64,000 nt of DNA. Source: an uncultured Planctomycetia bacterium (GTDB taxonomy: Bacteria > Omnitrophota > Gorgyraeia > 2-02-FULL-51-18 > JAGOUK01). Of this stretch, positions 1 to 8,474 are shown piece after piece. Where the stretch lies: NCBI GenBank assembly GCA_964430735.1, contig CAYSFB010000001.1:232674-296673 (forward strand). Reading direction: 5' to 3'. The translations under genes and the position numbers were made by a program. Numbering within the stretch: the stretch's first letter is position 1; every line of letters starts with the position of its first letter. Below the pieces are notes generated by a model, which had not been told where the DNA came from, made no database searches, and saw nothing but the letters and a program-made list of their open reading frames with translations.

Positions 1-778
1 GGCCGCCGGGCCAGGAATGGGCGAAGTTCTTGATCGTGTAAAAAATGACTTCCGCTCCGCCGCGGCCGTTCGAGAACTGCTCGCGGACAAAGTCGGCGTT
101 CTCGGTGCGGGCCGGGTCGTTGACGCAGCCGTTCGCCCGCACCCAAATATCGATCCCGTCGCGCACCGGCCGGTCGGCGCGCTTAAACAGAGACTTCTCG
201 CCCGTCCCGCCGTCATACGGCGCGTGGCGGTCGGTCAGACCATGGAACGTGATCACCGACACCGGCCCGGCCGGCGTCACGCCGTCGATATTAAACCCGC
301 CCGCCACCGGCGCGATCGCCGCGATCCGGTCCGCGTGCTCGGCCGCAACGCGATGCGTCATCATCGCGCCGTTCGACAGGCCCGTGACGAACACGCGCTT
401 CGGGTCCACGGCGAACCGCTCGATGAAGAAGTCGATCATCGCGATCAGGAACCCCGAGTCGTCCGCGTTAGTCTCCAGCGCATACGCACAGCAGCGGCCG
501 GCGTTCCAGGTGAACACGCGGTCCCCCGGCCTGCCCGTGCCGTCGGGATAAAGCAGAATGAAGTCGTCGCGGTCGGCGAGCGCTTCCATGTCCGCCATGC
601 GCATCGCGTTCTCGCCGTTGGCGCCGCCGCCGTGCAGCACAAGCACCAAAGGCCGCGCGCGGTCCGGCGCAGATTCATATGACTCAGGGAGATAGTGAAG
701 GTAGGAGCGGTCGACGCCGCTGTACCGGAACAGCGACTTGTCGGAAAAACGGATCAGACGATCGATGTCGCCGGCCAT
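1..778 (-). CDS. alpha/beta-hydrolase esterase, PHB-depolymerase/LpqC-like (3' end lies beyond window start)
   Basis: Open minus-strand frame running off coordinate 1, hence absent from the ORF track. Translation from ATG at 778 reads MAGDIDRLIRFSDKSLFRYSGVDRSYLHYLPESYESAPDRARPLVLVLHGGGANGE...VFVTGLSNGAMMTHR, with an HGGG oxyanion motif and a G-L-S-N-G nucleophile elbow. Confidence 0.6.
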   Translation of the reverse strand, partial: MAGDIDRLIRFSDKSLFRYSGVDRSYLHYLPESYESAPDRARPLVLVLHGGGANGENAMRMADMEALADRDDFILLYPDGTGRPGDRVFTWNAGRCCAYALETNADDSGFLIAMIDFFIERFAVDPKRVFVTGLSNGAMMTHRVAAEHADRIAAIAPVAGGFNIDGVTPAGPVSVITFHGLTDRHAPYDGGTGEKSLFKRADRPVRDGIDIWVRANGCVNDPARTENADFVREQFSNGRGGAEVIFYTIKNFAHSWPGG

Positions 779-814
779 TGAGACAACGAAGCGGGTGGGA
801 CTTTGTTCGGTCGG

Positions 815-1051
815 CTATTCCAGGAAGGCCATGGCTTCGTTGATGATCGGAAGCACGCCCTGCACTTCGGCCTTGGTCATGCGTCCGAGTTTGGCAAAAC
901 GGGTTTCGCCTTCGGCGCTGAGGCCCTCGCGCGAAAGCTGAAGCTTTTTCACGCCCTTGTTGTAGGAATAAACGCTCACGACCACGCGGTCGTTCTCGCC
1001 TTCGTAGAACTTGGAAAAAAGCTTTTCATCGAGCTTCGCGTCATACGGCAT
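815..1051 (-). CDS. small PC4/YdbC-like protein (putative ssDNA-binding), hypothetical
   Basis: 78-aa ORF with good codon usage; GGAGG upstream of the ATG and a CATAAT -10-like box in the 58-nt gap after pirin. Pattern VVVSVYSYNKGVKKLQLSREG...KLGRMTKAEV resembles bacterial PC4-like proteins; assignment is tentative. Confidence 0.35.
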   Translation of the reverse strand: MPYDAKLDEKLFSKFYEGENDRVVVSVYSYNKGVKKLQLSREGLSAEGETRFAKLGRMTKAEVQGVLPIINEAMAFLE

Positions 1052-1109
1052 GGGACCTCCTGGGTGTAAGCATCATTATGCCATATCCGGCACGGCAGTC
1101 GTGAGCGGG

Positions 1110-1805
1110 TCAGGCGAGGTCAAAAAGCAGGAATTCAGCCGTTTCCGGCGCACGCAGGACGATTTCCCCGCCCATCTCGCCGTACAGACCGTCGCCGGCG
1201 GAACCGGTGACTCCGCCCGCTTCGACGGATCCGGAGATGACCTGGATCCAGACGGCGCGGCCGGGCTTCAGCGTATGGCGGACCGACTGTCCGGCGTCCA
1301 GGCGTGAGTCGTACAGGCGCACGTCCTGATGGATCTTGACCGCTTCCCCGCCCTCGGGTGACGCGACCAGCCGGAGCGTGTTGCGCTTGCCGGCCAACGG
1401 GAACATCTTCTGCTCGTAGCCGGGCGTAATCGACCGCCGTTCGGGCATGATCCAGATCTGCAGCAGATGCACCGGCTCCAGACTCATGTGGTTGTATTCG
1501 CTGTGGGTGACGCCCGTTCCGGCGCTCATCCGCTGGACTTCGCCGGGCTTGATCTCCGAAGCGTTGCCCATCGAATCCTTGTGGGCCAGCACGCCCTTGA
1601 GAACATACGTGATGATTTCCATATCGCGATGGCTGTGGGGCGGAAACCCCTCTCCCGGCGCGACCCAGTCTTCGTTGATCACGCGGAGGGTCCGGAAGCC
1701 CATCCACTTGGGGTCACGGTAATCCCCGAACGAAAACGAATGGTAGGTCTTGAGCCAGCCGTGATCAAAGAACCCGCGCTCGCCGGACGGACGTACAGAA
1801 ATCAT
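1110..1805 (-). CDS. pirin family protein
   Basis: HSHRDMEIITYVLKG cupin metal-binding motif. ORF track extends to 2096, but the start was trimmed to ATG at 1805 (MISVRPSGERGFF), which is preceded by AAGGAG. Confidence 0.85.
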   Translation of the reverse strand: MISVRPSGERGFFDHGWLKTYHSFSFGDYRDPKWMGFRTLRVINEDWVAPGEGFPPHSHRDMEIITYVLKGVLAHKDSMGNASEIKPGEVQRMSAGTGVTHSEYNHMSLEPVHLLQIWIMPERRSITPGYEQKMFPLAGKRNTLRLVASPEGGEAVKIHQDVRLYDSRLDAGQSVRHTLKPGRAVWIQVISGSVEAGGVTGSAGDGLYGEMGGEIVLRAPETAEFLLFDLA

Positions 1806-1831
1806 CGTCTCAAACTCCTTTATATCGCGGA

Positions 1832-2518
1832 TCAGCCGCGGGCCTTGACCCGCGGATACAGTTGAACCACGGGGTCCGATTGCCAGAACTGCTTCGTCTC
1901 GACGTCCATCAAGGTCAGCCGGCCGCTCCAGCCGGCCCCCGTATCGAGCATCCACAGATTTGCCAGATTCAAGGGCTGATCCGTTCCGAACTTGAGCGTC
2001 GGCGTATGACCCACATAAATTTCTTGGTAAGCACCAATCCGGCCCCCGCCGCCGAGAGCCAGGTTCTTGGCCGTTTCGACAAGCGAGCGGTCCCATGCCA
2101 GCTCTTTAAGACTGTGCTCGCCGAGCGGCCGTTCCGGATCAAACCCGCCGTGCACAAACAGCCGCCCCGCTTCCTCCAGGTAAGACCGGCCCGCCGACAA
2201 GAACTCGATATGCGCCGCCGGCATCGGCTTGCCGCCGTAGGCCTTGATCGTGTTGCGTCCGCCTTCGGCCAGCCACATCTCCGGCTTGAGACCCTCCCGG
2301 GCCCAGCCCAGAGCCCACAAATCGTGATTCCCCGTAATGAGCTCCAGCCGGGGAAGCCCGCGCAACTCATCGATGCAGGCCTTCACATCCGGATACCCGT
2401 CGCAGATATCCCCCAGCGCGATCAGCCGGTCGGCTTGGCGGTCAAAGCCCGACCGCTCCAAACACTGCAACAGCGCCTTGTGCGCTCCGTGTAAATCGCC
2501 AAGGACAAAGGTCTTCAT
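1832..2518 (-). CDS. metallophosphoesterase (Ser/Thr phosphatase / ApaH-like)
   Basis: MKTFVLGDLHGAHKA...GDICDGYPD...GNHD motifs. Trimmed from the track's 2746 to ATG 2518. Confidence 0.8.
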   Translation of the reverse strand: MKTFVLGDLHGAHKALLQCLERSGFDRQADRLIALGDICDGYPDVKACIDELRGLPRLELITGNHDLWALGWAREGLKPEMWLAEGGRNTIKAYGGKPMPAAHIEFLSAGRSYLEEAGRLFVHGGFDPERPLGEHSLKELAWDRSLVETAKNLALGGGGRIGAYQEIYVGHTPTLKFGTDQPLNLANLWMLDTGAGWSGRLTLMDVETKQFWQSDPVVQLYPRVKARG

Positions 2519-2522
2519 CGGA

Positions 2523-2903
2523 TTACGAGTTTTCTTTGGCGTGTAACTGAATGAGCTCGAGCAGATAAGGCCTGTCTTCTTCGGACAAGGATTCGAATTC
2601 GGCTCCGATTTCGTAGATTCTTTCGGACCCACCGATCCATGCGCACCAGCGGATGCGCACCGAAGCGGCGATATCGCGGCGGAGCGTGTGGAGACGGACC
2701 GGATAGACCTCACCCGGATCGAGCCGGACGGAAGTTCTGAAGCCAATGCCGCACTCCGAAAGATCCGTGATGTTGAGCACGAGAGGACCTTGAGGCAATC
2801 CCTTGGTATCGATCCGGATCAGGTTGACCGCGGCGACTCTCAGGTGCCGCCTCCGATGGTCCGTACCCGCTTCGATATCCAGGAACCAGTTTTTGATACT
2901 CAT
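2523..2903 (-). CDS. PilZ domain protein (c-di-GMP receptor candidate)
   Basis: RRRHLR (RxxxR) and DLSECGIGF (D/NxSxxG) PilZ motifs. Its ATG overlaps the TGA of the upstream priming GT (ATGA at 2900-2903). Confidence 0.75.
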   Translation of the reverse strand: MSIKNWFLDIEAGTDHRRRHLRVAAVNLIRIDTKGLPQGPLVLNITDLSECGIGFRTSVRLDPGEVYPVRLHTLRRDIAASVRIRWCAWIGGSERIYEIGAEFESLSEEDRPYLLELIQLHAKENS

Positions 2904-4042
2904 ATTTGACCGCCGATCTTATGTGAACCCGACGCGCTCATCTCGCCCGAATGGCGGGCGGAATGATACTCCAGGATGGCGATGATCATCAGCAGCATGC
3001 AGTAGATGGCCACAATGATCGCATTGCCCTTCAGCGATGCGATTTGCGTCGAAAGAACCCCGATGAGTCCGGTCGTGATTCCGACCATGTAAGAGAAAAA
3101 AACCGCGTCGTTTCCGTCCAGACCCATCCGGATCAGCCGGTGCGCGAAGTGGTTGCGGTCCCCGCGCCAGGGCGGCAGCCCGCGGTACAGCCGCACGCAA
3201 ACCACGCTCACAAAATCGTAAATCGGAACGCCGAATATGAAGAGAGGGACAAAGGGCGTGAGCGATACGGGCTGCAGAATCCGGTAGGTCGCCTGCAGCG
3301 AAGCGACCGCCATCATATACCCCAGGAACAGGCTTCCGTTGTCGCCCAGGAACGCCTTGGCCTTGTTAAAATTGTACGGCAAAAATCCGAGGATGGCGCC
3401 GCCGAGAATCACCATCATGATCCCCAGAATCGGCTGGTACATCGCCTGCGAGATCAAAAAAAACGCCCCGCATGCGATAAACACGATCCCGGCGCAATGC
3501 CCGTTGATCGAGTCGATAAAATTAAACGCGTTGAGCAGCAGGACGATCCAGAACACCGTGATGACACGGCCGAACGGACCCAGGTCCAGCATGAACTCCG
3601 CGATAAAGCCGGATTGAACGAGATACGCAGCCACCAGGATTTGGCCCGCGAACTTGACCGACGGCTTCAGGGCAAATCGGTCGTCGATCAACCCCAAAAC
3701 GAGAATCATCACTCCACCCGCAAACATCGGGAGCATCTGGTCTTTGAAGCGCGCGTATTCCGTCAGAGTGGCGGTGCTGAAAAATGACAGAAACGTCCCC
3801 GAATACCCTTCCGAGTTCAGTATCAGCAGACAGGCCCCAAAAACGGCCCAAAACGCCGTAAAGATGGCCAGGCCGCCCAGATAGGGCGTGGGACCGGGAT
3901 GCAGCTTGATCTTGCCGGGGTAATCCAAAAATCCCACCCGGTGGGCCAGCTGGATGCACAGGGCGCTGCACACAAACGACAGGGTCATGGCGAGGCAAAA
4001 AAGCGCGCTCAAGGTTCCCAGAGAGCCATAGGACGACGTCAT
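2900..4042 (-). CDS. WecA/MraY-family polyprenol-phosphate sugar-1-phosphate transferase (glycosyltransferase family 4 priming enzyme)
   Basis: Polytopic membrane protein with the LDYPGKIKLHPGPTPYLGGLAIF motif of WecA/WbpL-type enzymes. Confidence 0.85.
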   Translation of the reverse strand: MTSSYGSLGTLSALFCLAMTLSFVCSALCIQLAHRVGFLDYPGKIKLHPGPTPYLGGLAIFTAFWAVFGACLLILNSEGYSGTFLSFFSTATLTEYARFKDQMLPMFAGGVMILVLGLIDDRFALKPSVKFAGQILVAAYLVQSGFIAEFMLDLGPFGRVITVFWIVLLLNAFNFIDSINGHCAGIVFIACGAFFLISQAMYQPILGIMMVILGGAILGFLPYNFNKAKAFLGDNGSLFLGYMMAVASLQATYRILQPVSLTPFVPLFIFGVPIYDFVSVVCVRLYRGLPPWRGDRNHFAHRLIRMGLDGNDAVFFSYMVGITTGLIGVLSTQIASLKGNAIIVAIYCMLLMIIAILEYHSARHSGEMSASGSHKIGGQI

Positions 4043-6003
4043 GGCTGCCTCCCGTCTTCCGGATGTTCGTCCGAATACTTCTCCGCAACGGCGAGGTATT
4101 CCTTCCAGTATCTTCTCTGAGGCTCATTGCTCATCCGCACGTCCCGGATCTTGATTTTGGATGCGGTGGTAAGCCGCTTGATCGATTCGTACAATTCCCT
4201 GGCCCTCAGATTCCAGCGGTTGCGCCGAAGAAGCGAATCGGTGTTTTTGGCCTCAAAGACGTACATCAGCATGAGGTCGGCCTTGAATTTGATGTTCGGG
4301 CTCGACAGCTCAACAGCCCGTTCCATCAGTTCGAGAGCCTGCTCGATGTTCCGCTGCGCGTAAAGAATCTGGCCCTGCAGATAATAGTACGGACCGTATT
4401 CAGGCATGAGGTTCAACGCCCGGTCCGCGGCCTGCTCCGCCTGCCCCAGCATCTCCCGTCGGGTGACAAGGTCCTTGGAGCGCGTGGCGGTCCGCAACAA
4501 CTCTCCGGCATAGGCGCTCCAACGCTCCGGATTGTGCGCGTCGACCCGGGTCAGGATCTGCAGGGTCTCAAGCTTGCTCGTGTTCAGTATTTTAGCGCGG
4601 TAGATCTGCAGTTGAAATACGGTTTCTACCCCCAAGGTGGCGATCAGCGCCGCGAGGATGCAGGCGATCACCGGAGTTCTCAGCAGGGGTTTTTCGGTGG
4701 CGGCGGGGTACCGACCGGCGGACGGGCGCTCCTCCTGAATATAGGGGTCCCGCGACCGCGCGAGCAGTCCCAGCTGCAGAACAAAATGCATGGCGACAAT
4801 CGGCACCCGAAGCAGCGAATCCGACAGCAGCATGAACCCGAACGGAATCAAAGCCAGAGCCGCCTGCGTCCGGATCATCCTCCGCTGCGAACCCGGCTGA
4901 TCGCCATTCGGCTTGAGCAGAGGCGGCACAATCAAAAAGCCCAGCATGAGCACGATCAAAACGGCTCCGACCACCCCCGCCTCGGTCAGCAGATCCAGAT
5001 AGCTGCTGTGCGCATGCTCGTAATGCCCCCAGGAATTGATCACATCGCCGACCACTGTCTCATAGGCGGGCGAAACAAACCCGAACATTCCCATCCCCCA
5101 CCCGAACAAAGGCTGTTCAACAAAGATTCTAAAATTGGTTTGAGCCAGGGACAAGCGAAGCAGAATGGACTGCTGTATGGCTTCGGCATCAAAAGCACCG
5201 CGCCACTCAGGCCCCAGATACCGGCTGCCCGCGTAAACGGCGGCAATCCCGCCGCCCGCGACCACGAGCATGATGCCTTTGAACTTGCGGAATCCGCCGA
5301 CCAATAGGACCAGGATGTAAAAAACCGTCATGACAATCAGGGCAAAACGGGCTCCGGACCAGATAAGTCCCGCCGTCAGCACGAGAGCCGACAGACCCAG
5401 CAATAAGGAAACGCCGGAGAACTTCCGCCGGAACAGGAGAGCGAAGACGATCGGAAGCGTCAGGGCCGCATAGGCCCCGTAGGCGTTTTCGTAATAAAAC
5501 ACGCCGAAGGATCGGGAAGAGATGGATGCCAGTTCCGTCCCCGCCAGGTTCCAGGTTCCGGAATACCGGTGCGCCAAACCCGACGCGGTCCCGAACAATC
5601 CGATCATCAAGCCGCCGATCAGAAGCCGGAACATCCGCTTGGGCCGCGAAAGAATCGGCAACAACGTCACCCCGAAGGCGCAAAACCCGATCCAGGCCAC
5701 GAAGGCCCTATAAATCGGGGCGTGTCCCGACCGAATGGCCGTGGTCAAAACATAAAAGGCGAAGAGGCACCCGATCAATAATGCGATCAGAATATGGGAG
5801 GGATACTCGTCTTTGGCCTTGCGGGGCGAGAGGAAGCTGATTTGCAGAGCGAGAGCAAGTATCAGGAGGGGCGGCAATAAGGCGTTGGCCCATTGAGGAG
5901 ATCCGCTCGAGGCGTACAGGCCTGCGAACAGGGCCATCCATACCGCCGCTTCATGGAGATTTCGACGCGTGATCGCGTTGTCAAAAGCCGCTGCCGGAGA
6001 CAT
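4039..6003 (-). CDS. O-antigen-ligase-like (Wzy_C) polytopic membrane protein with C-terminal TPR domain
   Basis: About 10-12 TM segments; NSWGHYEHAHSSYLDLLTEAGVVG matches the Wzy_C/O-antigen-ligase motif. C-terminal roughly 200 aa are soluble TPR-like helices. Start overlaps upstream stop by 4 nt. Confidence 0.7.
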   Translation of the reverse strand: MSPAAAFDNAITRRNLHEAAVWMALFAGLYASSGSPQWANALLPPLLILALALQISFLSPRKAKDEYPSHILIALLIGCLFAFYVLTTAIRSGHAPIYRAFVAWIGFCAFGVTLLPILSRPKRMFRLLIGGLMIGLFGTASGLAHRYSGTWNLAGTELASISSRSFGVFYYENAYGAYAALTLPIVFALLFRRKFSGVSLLLGLSALVLTAGLIWSGARFALIVMTVFYILVLLVGGFRKFKGIMLVVAGGGIAAVYAGSRYLGPEWRGAFDAEAIQQSILLRLSLAQTNFRIFVEQPLFGWGMGMFGFVSPAYETVVGDVINSWGHYEHAHSSYLDLLTEAGVVGAVLIVLMLGFLIVPPLLKPNGDQPGSQRRMIRTQAALALIPFGFMLLSDSLLRVPIVAMHFVLQLGLLARSRDPYIQEERPSAGRYPAATEKPLLRTPVIACILAALIATLGVETVFQLQIYRAKILNTSKLETLQILTRVDAHNPERWSAYAGELLRTATRSKDLVTRREMLGQAEQAADRALNLMPEYGPYYYLQGQILYAQRNIEQALELMERAVELSSPNIKFKADLMLMYVFEAKNTDSLLRRNRWNLRARELYESIKRLTTASKIKIRDVRMSNEPQRRYWKEYLAVAEKYSDEHPEDGRQP

Positions 6004-7823
6004 TACCGGTCGGTTTTTGAATTCCGAGAGTAGTAGTGGTACCCCTGATAATAATCCCGGTTCAGAGTCGTCATACGGTTCAAGATCGTTCCGTAGAGAA
6101 TGGTGTTCATCAGCTTCAGTTTTTCAATCGCCCGCATCAGCACTTTGCGCTTCAGCATCCCGCAGCCGACGACAAAGAGGGTTCCGTGCATTTTCTGGGA
6201 AATGATCGCGGCTTCCGGAATGCTGAGGAAAGGAGGCGAATCAAAAATGATCCGCTCGTACTTCGATTCGACCGCTTTGATCAGCTCGTCAAACGTCTTT
6301 GAAGTGAACAATCCTTCGGGATTTTTGGAAGCGGTGCCTGCGGAGATGATGTCGACGTTGGGCTGGCCGATGATGGGGCGGATGATCTGCTGAAGGGTCG
6401 CCGCGCCGGTCAAATAATCGGCCAAGCCCGGGGCCGACGGATCCGCGAGATCCAAGCGTCCGGTGAGCCCGGGTCTGCGGATATCGGCCTCAACCAGAAG
6501 GATCCGCTGCTCCGGCAGCCGCTCCGCCGCTCCTTTGCCGGCACCCAGATTCGCCATCGTAAACGCCAGGAGGGCGCTGATGGATGACTTCCCTTCCCCG
6601 GGTATGCAGCTCGTGATCATGATGAGCTTGTTCCGATCCTTGGGCATCGAAAAAATAAACGCCGTATGCAGCATGGCCATCGAGTCCCGGACGGCCTGAA
6701 CGTTCAGAAGATCTTCAAATTTTTCGGACTTGCAGACCTTCGAGTCGATGACGGGCATATGCCCCAGATACGGGACATTCACCATTCTCGCGAGGTCCTC
6801 CTCGCTGTTCACCGTCACGACCAGCGCGCCCATGAACATGATGAACATAAAAGAAACTATGATCCCCGCGGCGCCGAAGACCAAAACGAGCTTGGTGCGG
6901 TTCGGAGCAAAGGGCTCGTCCGCGGGCTTGGCCCGTTCAAAGATGCTCATGTTGGTGGACTTGAACTCGCTGGCGAGGTTCCGCTTGAGGCCGGCGACCA
7001 CACCGGCGGTCTCGATCTTGGTCTGCTGTTCGTTGTGCTCAATCTGGCGGAGCATTTCGATCACGGCGGGATTTTCGTCCGTGTACCGGGTCTTGAGCTG
7101 CGCGAGTTCGCTGTTCAGCCGCAATTTTTCGCGTTTGAGCTCTTGGATCGTCGGATTGTCCTGTACGCTCGGAAGACTTTCGATAAAATACGGATCGGCC
7201 ATTTTTTCCATCAGAACCGTCGGATCCGATTCCGCGCCGCCGGGAAGCAGCTTCAGCAGCTCCTGATTGCTCCTGAGACTCTGACGAAGACTCTCCTCAA
7301 TAAAGTTCTCGGCGGTCGCATTCGCGAGCTTGGACGCCCACACGGCATCGCCGTCATCCACTTGAATGTAAAAAATATTGGTTTTTTTGTACTGGAAGGA
7401 GCGGGTGTTTGCCTGCAAAAGGCCGGCTGCCTGCTGGTCGGTTGCCACGGCATAGTGGGTCTTGGCGTCCGTATCCTTCGCCGCCTGGAGGAGCACGGGC
7501 ATGCTGGTCGCTATGGCGATCTGCGTGTCAATCAGCCCCCTCACCTCGCCCGACATATTGCCGCTGATCGCTTCTCGATAGGTCGTGGTCTGTGTTTTGG
7601 CGTTGTCGACAAGGATGCTGGCGGAGGACTGATATCGGTCTTTGAGCGCGGAGGCGTAAAAAATTCCGAGGAGAACGAAGGCAAAAACAATAGTGGCGAC
7701 ATACCAGCGGTACCGCATGAACGATTCCGCGAGTTGAATAATCCCGGTTATCTCGCCCGAATCACCTTCATGTGATCCGTGATGCGGGTGATGCTCGGCG
7801 CCCCCGCTGTTCACGTTCAACAC
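6003..7823 (-). CDS. wzc: polysaccharide co-polymerase / BY-kinase (Wzc-like tyrosine autokinase)
   Basis: N-terminal TM followed by a periplasmic coiled-coil, second TM, Walker A CIPGEGKSSISALLA, ILLVEADIRRPG, and a C-terminal Tyr cluster YYQGYHYYSRN. GTG start at 7823; His-rich N-terminus. Confidence 0.85.
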   Translation of the reverse strand: MLNVNSGGAEHHPHHGSHEGDSGEITGIIQLAESFMRYRWYVATIVFAFVLLGIFYASALKDRYQSSASILVDNAKTQTTTYREAISGNMSGEVRGLIDTQIAIATSMPVLLQAAKDTDAKTHYAVATDQQAAGLLQANTRSFQYKKTNIFYIQVDDGDAVWASKLANATAENFIEESLRQSLRSNQELLKLLPGGAESDPTVLMEKMADPYFIESLPSVQDNPTIQELKREKLRLNSELAQLKTRYTDENPAVIEMLRQIEHNEQQTKIETAGVVAGLKRNLASEFKSTNMSIFERAKPADEPFAPNRTKLVLVFGAAGIIVSFMFIMFMGALVVTVNSEEDLARMVNVPYLGHMPVIDSKVCKSEKFEDLLNVQAVRDSMAMLHTAFIFSMPKDRNKLIMITSCIPGEGKSSISALLAFTMANLGAGKGAAERLPEQRILLVEADIRRPGLTGRLDLADPSAPGLADYLTGAATLQQIIRPIIGQPNVDIISAGTASKNPEGLFTSKTFDELIKAVESKYERIIFDSPPFLSIPEAAIISQKMHGTLFVVGCGMLKRKVLMRAIEKLKLMNTILYGTILNRMTTLNRDYYQGYHYYSRNSKTDR

Positions 7824-8474
7824 TTAGAACAGGGACTCCGGAACGTAAATGGAATCACCCCGGGAAATGGCCGGATCTTCCGCGCGTCCTTCGAGCACAT
7901 CGAACAGATTGTACACCTTGGTCTGGCGGGTTCCGGTCGCATACGACACGACTTTAACGGCACGCGGATTGGCGGAAACGCCGAATCCACCAGCCTGCGC
8001 AATCGCCTGAAGGAGGGTTGAACCCTCGGGATTCAGGGCTTGAAGCCCCTGGCTCTTCACCTGGCCGAGCACGATCACCGTATTGGCGTCCGCCGCTTGC
8101 GAGCCGTTGCTATTGATCGCCTCTTCGACATGGTCGATCCGGACCAGCGGATCTTTGATGAACTTTTTAAGACCCTCGGTCAGCGCCACCCTGAAGCTTT
8201 CCATCGACAGTCCGGCCGCCTGGGCTTCTCCGATCATCGGAAAAATGATCTTCCCTGTTTCGTTGACGCGGTACTGGCCGGTCAGATTCTTTTCGTTAAA
8301 GACATCAATGGCCAGCAGATCCCCCGTCGAAATGACTCGGTGGGCGGCTTGCGCGGTGGCGGACACAGGAGCCGTTTCGCCCGCGTCGGCGGCGCAGAGG
8401 GAGGCCGAAAACACCACAAGTCCGGATAGGGCCAGACCGAAAAATCGGCTGAGGCCTTTAGAATTTTTTTTCAT
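7824..8474 (-). CDS. short outer-membrane polysaccharide export (OPX/Wza-family, Poly_export+SLBB) protein
   Basis: Signal peptide MKKNSKGLSRFFGLALSGLVVFSASLCAA, then a Poly_export-like region and an SLBB-like C-terminus. Only 216 aa, so it lacks the Wza C-terminal OM helix. Track start 8534 trimmed to ATG 8474. Confidence 0.75.
   Translation of the reverse strand: MKKNSKGLSRFFGLALSGLVVFSASLCAADAGETAPVSATAQAAHRVISTGDLLAIDVFNEKNLTGQYRVNETGKIIFPMIGEAQAAGLSMESFRVALTEGLKKFIKDPLVRIDHVEEAINSNGSQAADANTVIVLGQVKSQGLQALNPEGSTLLQAIAQAGGFGVSANPRAVKVVSYATGTRQTKVYNLFDVLEGRAEDPAISRGDSIYVPESLF

Noticed and set aside
1110-2746. Track ORFs with long N-terminal extensions for pirin (to 2096), the metallophosphoesterase (to 2746), frr (to 37029), pyrH, tsf, FmdB, dnaB, the response regulator and others.
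   Set aside because: Extensions are Arg/Pro/Ser-rich low-complexity, overlap upstream genes, and lack RBS. Conserved family N-termini, SD sequences or ATGA overlaps support the internal starts used in the feature table.
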